A stretch of DNA of 63,559 nt, the filler included, from Octopus bimaculoides (taxonomy: Eukaryota): NCBI RefSeq assembly GCF_001194135.2. It is 6 parts of 6 records of this genome, joined end to end, with 100 filler letters (N's around TTAATTAATTAA, not from the genome) between each part and the next. Parts side by side here need not be neighbours in the genome. Positions count along the whole stretch, not along the records: positions 47,407 to 62,168 come from NC_068998.1; positions 62,269 to 63,559 come from NW_026427670.1; 4 more parts are not named here. One strand, 5' to 3'. The position numbers were made by a program, and so were the translations under genes. The notes under the pieces were generated by a model that saw only the letters and a program-made list of their open reading frames with translations, made no database searches and was not told where the DNA came from. Of the stretch, positions 62,165 to 63,559 are shown piece by piece (within the stretch, counting starts at the first letter, position 1; every line of letters begins with the position of its first letter).

Positions 62165-63520
62165 TATANNNNNNNNNNNNNNNNNNNNNNNNNNNNNNNN
62201 NNNNNNNNNNNNTTAATTAATTAANNNNNNNNNNNNNNNNNNNNNNNNNNNNNNNNNNNNNNNNNNNNTAAAAAAAAATGTCATTCACACACGTACTGAG
62301 TGAATGATATTCTTAAGGTCAACATTTACTCAATCACGACCACTTCTAGGCTTTGTCACTAATTAATTTTTTAATCAAATTAGATGAAGTTTACATTTTC
62401 AGATTGGCCACATCATAAGCTACATTTCGAGCTAAAGAAATTTGAAAATGGTTTCAGCAGAAAAAAGTTTGAGTCAAATATGTGAGGTCACAAACGGGAG
62501 AATAACGCCTCAAATCCAATTTGAGTCCAAATATTTTTTTTTAATAAATCTATATTTCCTTTTAGCTTATCTCATAGATCTTGACGACAGGAATCTGTTA
62601 CTTATATGCCAAAATATTCAGTAGAAAAAAGTACTGAGATAAAAACTGGCGAAAAAAACAAACCAAACAAAAACAGAAGATTAACGCCTGAAATCGACTT
62701 TGACTCCGAATACCGTTTTTCTTTCAAAAGGAAACTATATTTAAATTTAACTTTTCTATTAGATCTCGAATATAGAAAACCTTTGATGCTAATTATATCA
62801 AAAATTAAATTTTAAAAAATAATTAATGAGACCGGATGTGCCGAAAACATTGGTAGCGCTTAAAAGCAGTGTGTGAATAACATAAGATACAAGAATAATC
62901 AAAAATAAATATAAACAAATACAACATTTTAAATTATGTCTTTTGAAATATAGAATGAAAATAGTAATTTTATTTAGTTGTATCAAGTAAAAACAATAAA
63001 ATATGAAGTTGTAAATAATATGCATTATTTACATTTGACGGATATTTGTCCTCATGTTGCTTGTTAACACAAACAAGATGAGGAAAAATATCCATCAAAT
63101 GTAAATAATGTAAATAATGTACATAATTCCTCATCTCTTAAATATAGAGTTGTAAATAATATTGCTCAAAATTTTTTTTCACTTGAATTGAAATCCCAGT
63201 ACGAAAAAAAATATTGATTGCCGTAGACTGTTTATTAAATAGATTCAAATCAACCATAGACTCAGTCAGTTCTTCCACATTAACAAAAACATTAATCTGA
63301 CAAATACATTATAAGTAACATGTATTAGTTAGGTATAATACAGTAGAATTAGTCTAATTCGTCTTTGGCTATTTCGTTACTTAACTTAATTCGTCACTTT
63401 CAATTTTCTACTAGTGATGATTGCTTAGGCAAATTGTATTATATTTTTTTTTTTAATTAATTTTATGTTATTTGATATTTTAAATATTGCTGCTTTCCAA
63501 AAATAAGCCCATGGGCTTAA

Positions 63521-63559
<39 letters not shown>

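Overview
AT-rich animal genomic DNA dominated by repeats, with many N gaps and dense (TA)n/(CA)n/(AAT)n/(GAT)n microsatellites. The repeat landscape resembles an octopod cephalopod (inference from recalled repeat families, not verified). Five 100-bp N blocks carry a TTAATTAATTAA spacer and look like scaffold joins, so order and orientation across them is not guaranteed. Most ORF-track entries are microsatellite or gap artefacts. Supported content: (1) two minus-strand U1 snRNA genes 3,341 bp apart (57580-57742, 60921-61083). They differ at 2 of 163 nt, sit in diverged flanks, share a conserved promoter block with an octamer, and carry a variant U1-70K loop and a non-canonical Sm site. (2) One candidate host exon (30913-31749), Ser/Pro-rich with about 30 SP motifs, ending at AAG|GTAAGG. 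(3) Decayed retroelements: Gypsy gag with a CCHC knuckle, several R4/Dong-type pieces, RTE, L1/Tx1, Penelope-like remnants and a PHD-finger non-LTR 5' region. (4) Two tRNA-derived SINE families plus an RTE-type tail repeat, hAT-type MITEs (one with an 8-bp TSD), a TIR element with an inverted telomere-like core, and a 107-bp minisatellite. No CRISPR array, rRNA or intact transposon ORF is seen. The variant U1 pair is the best lead; I see no clearly new multi-gene system.
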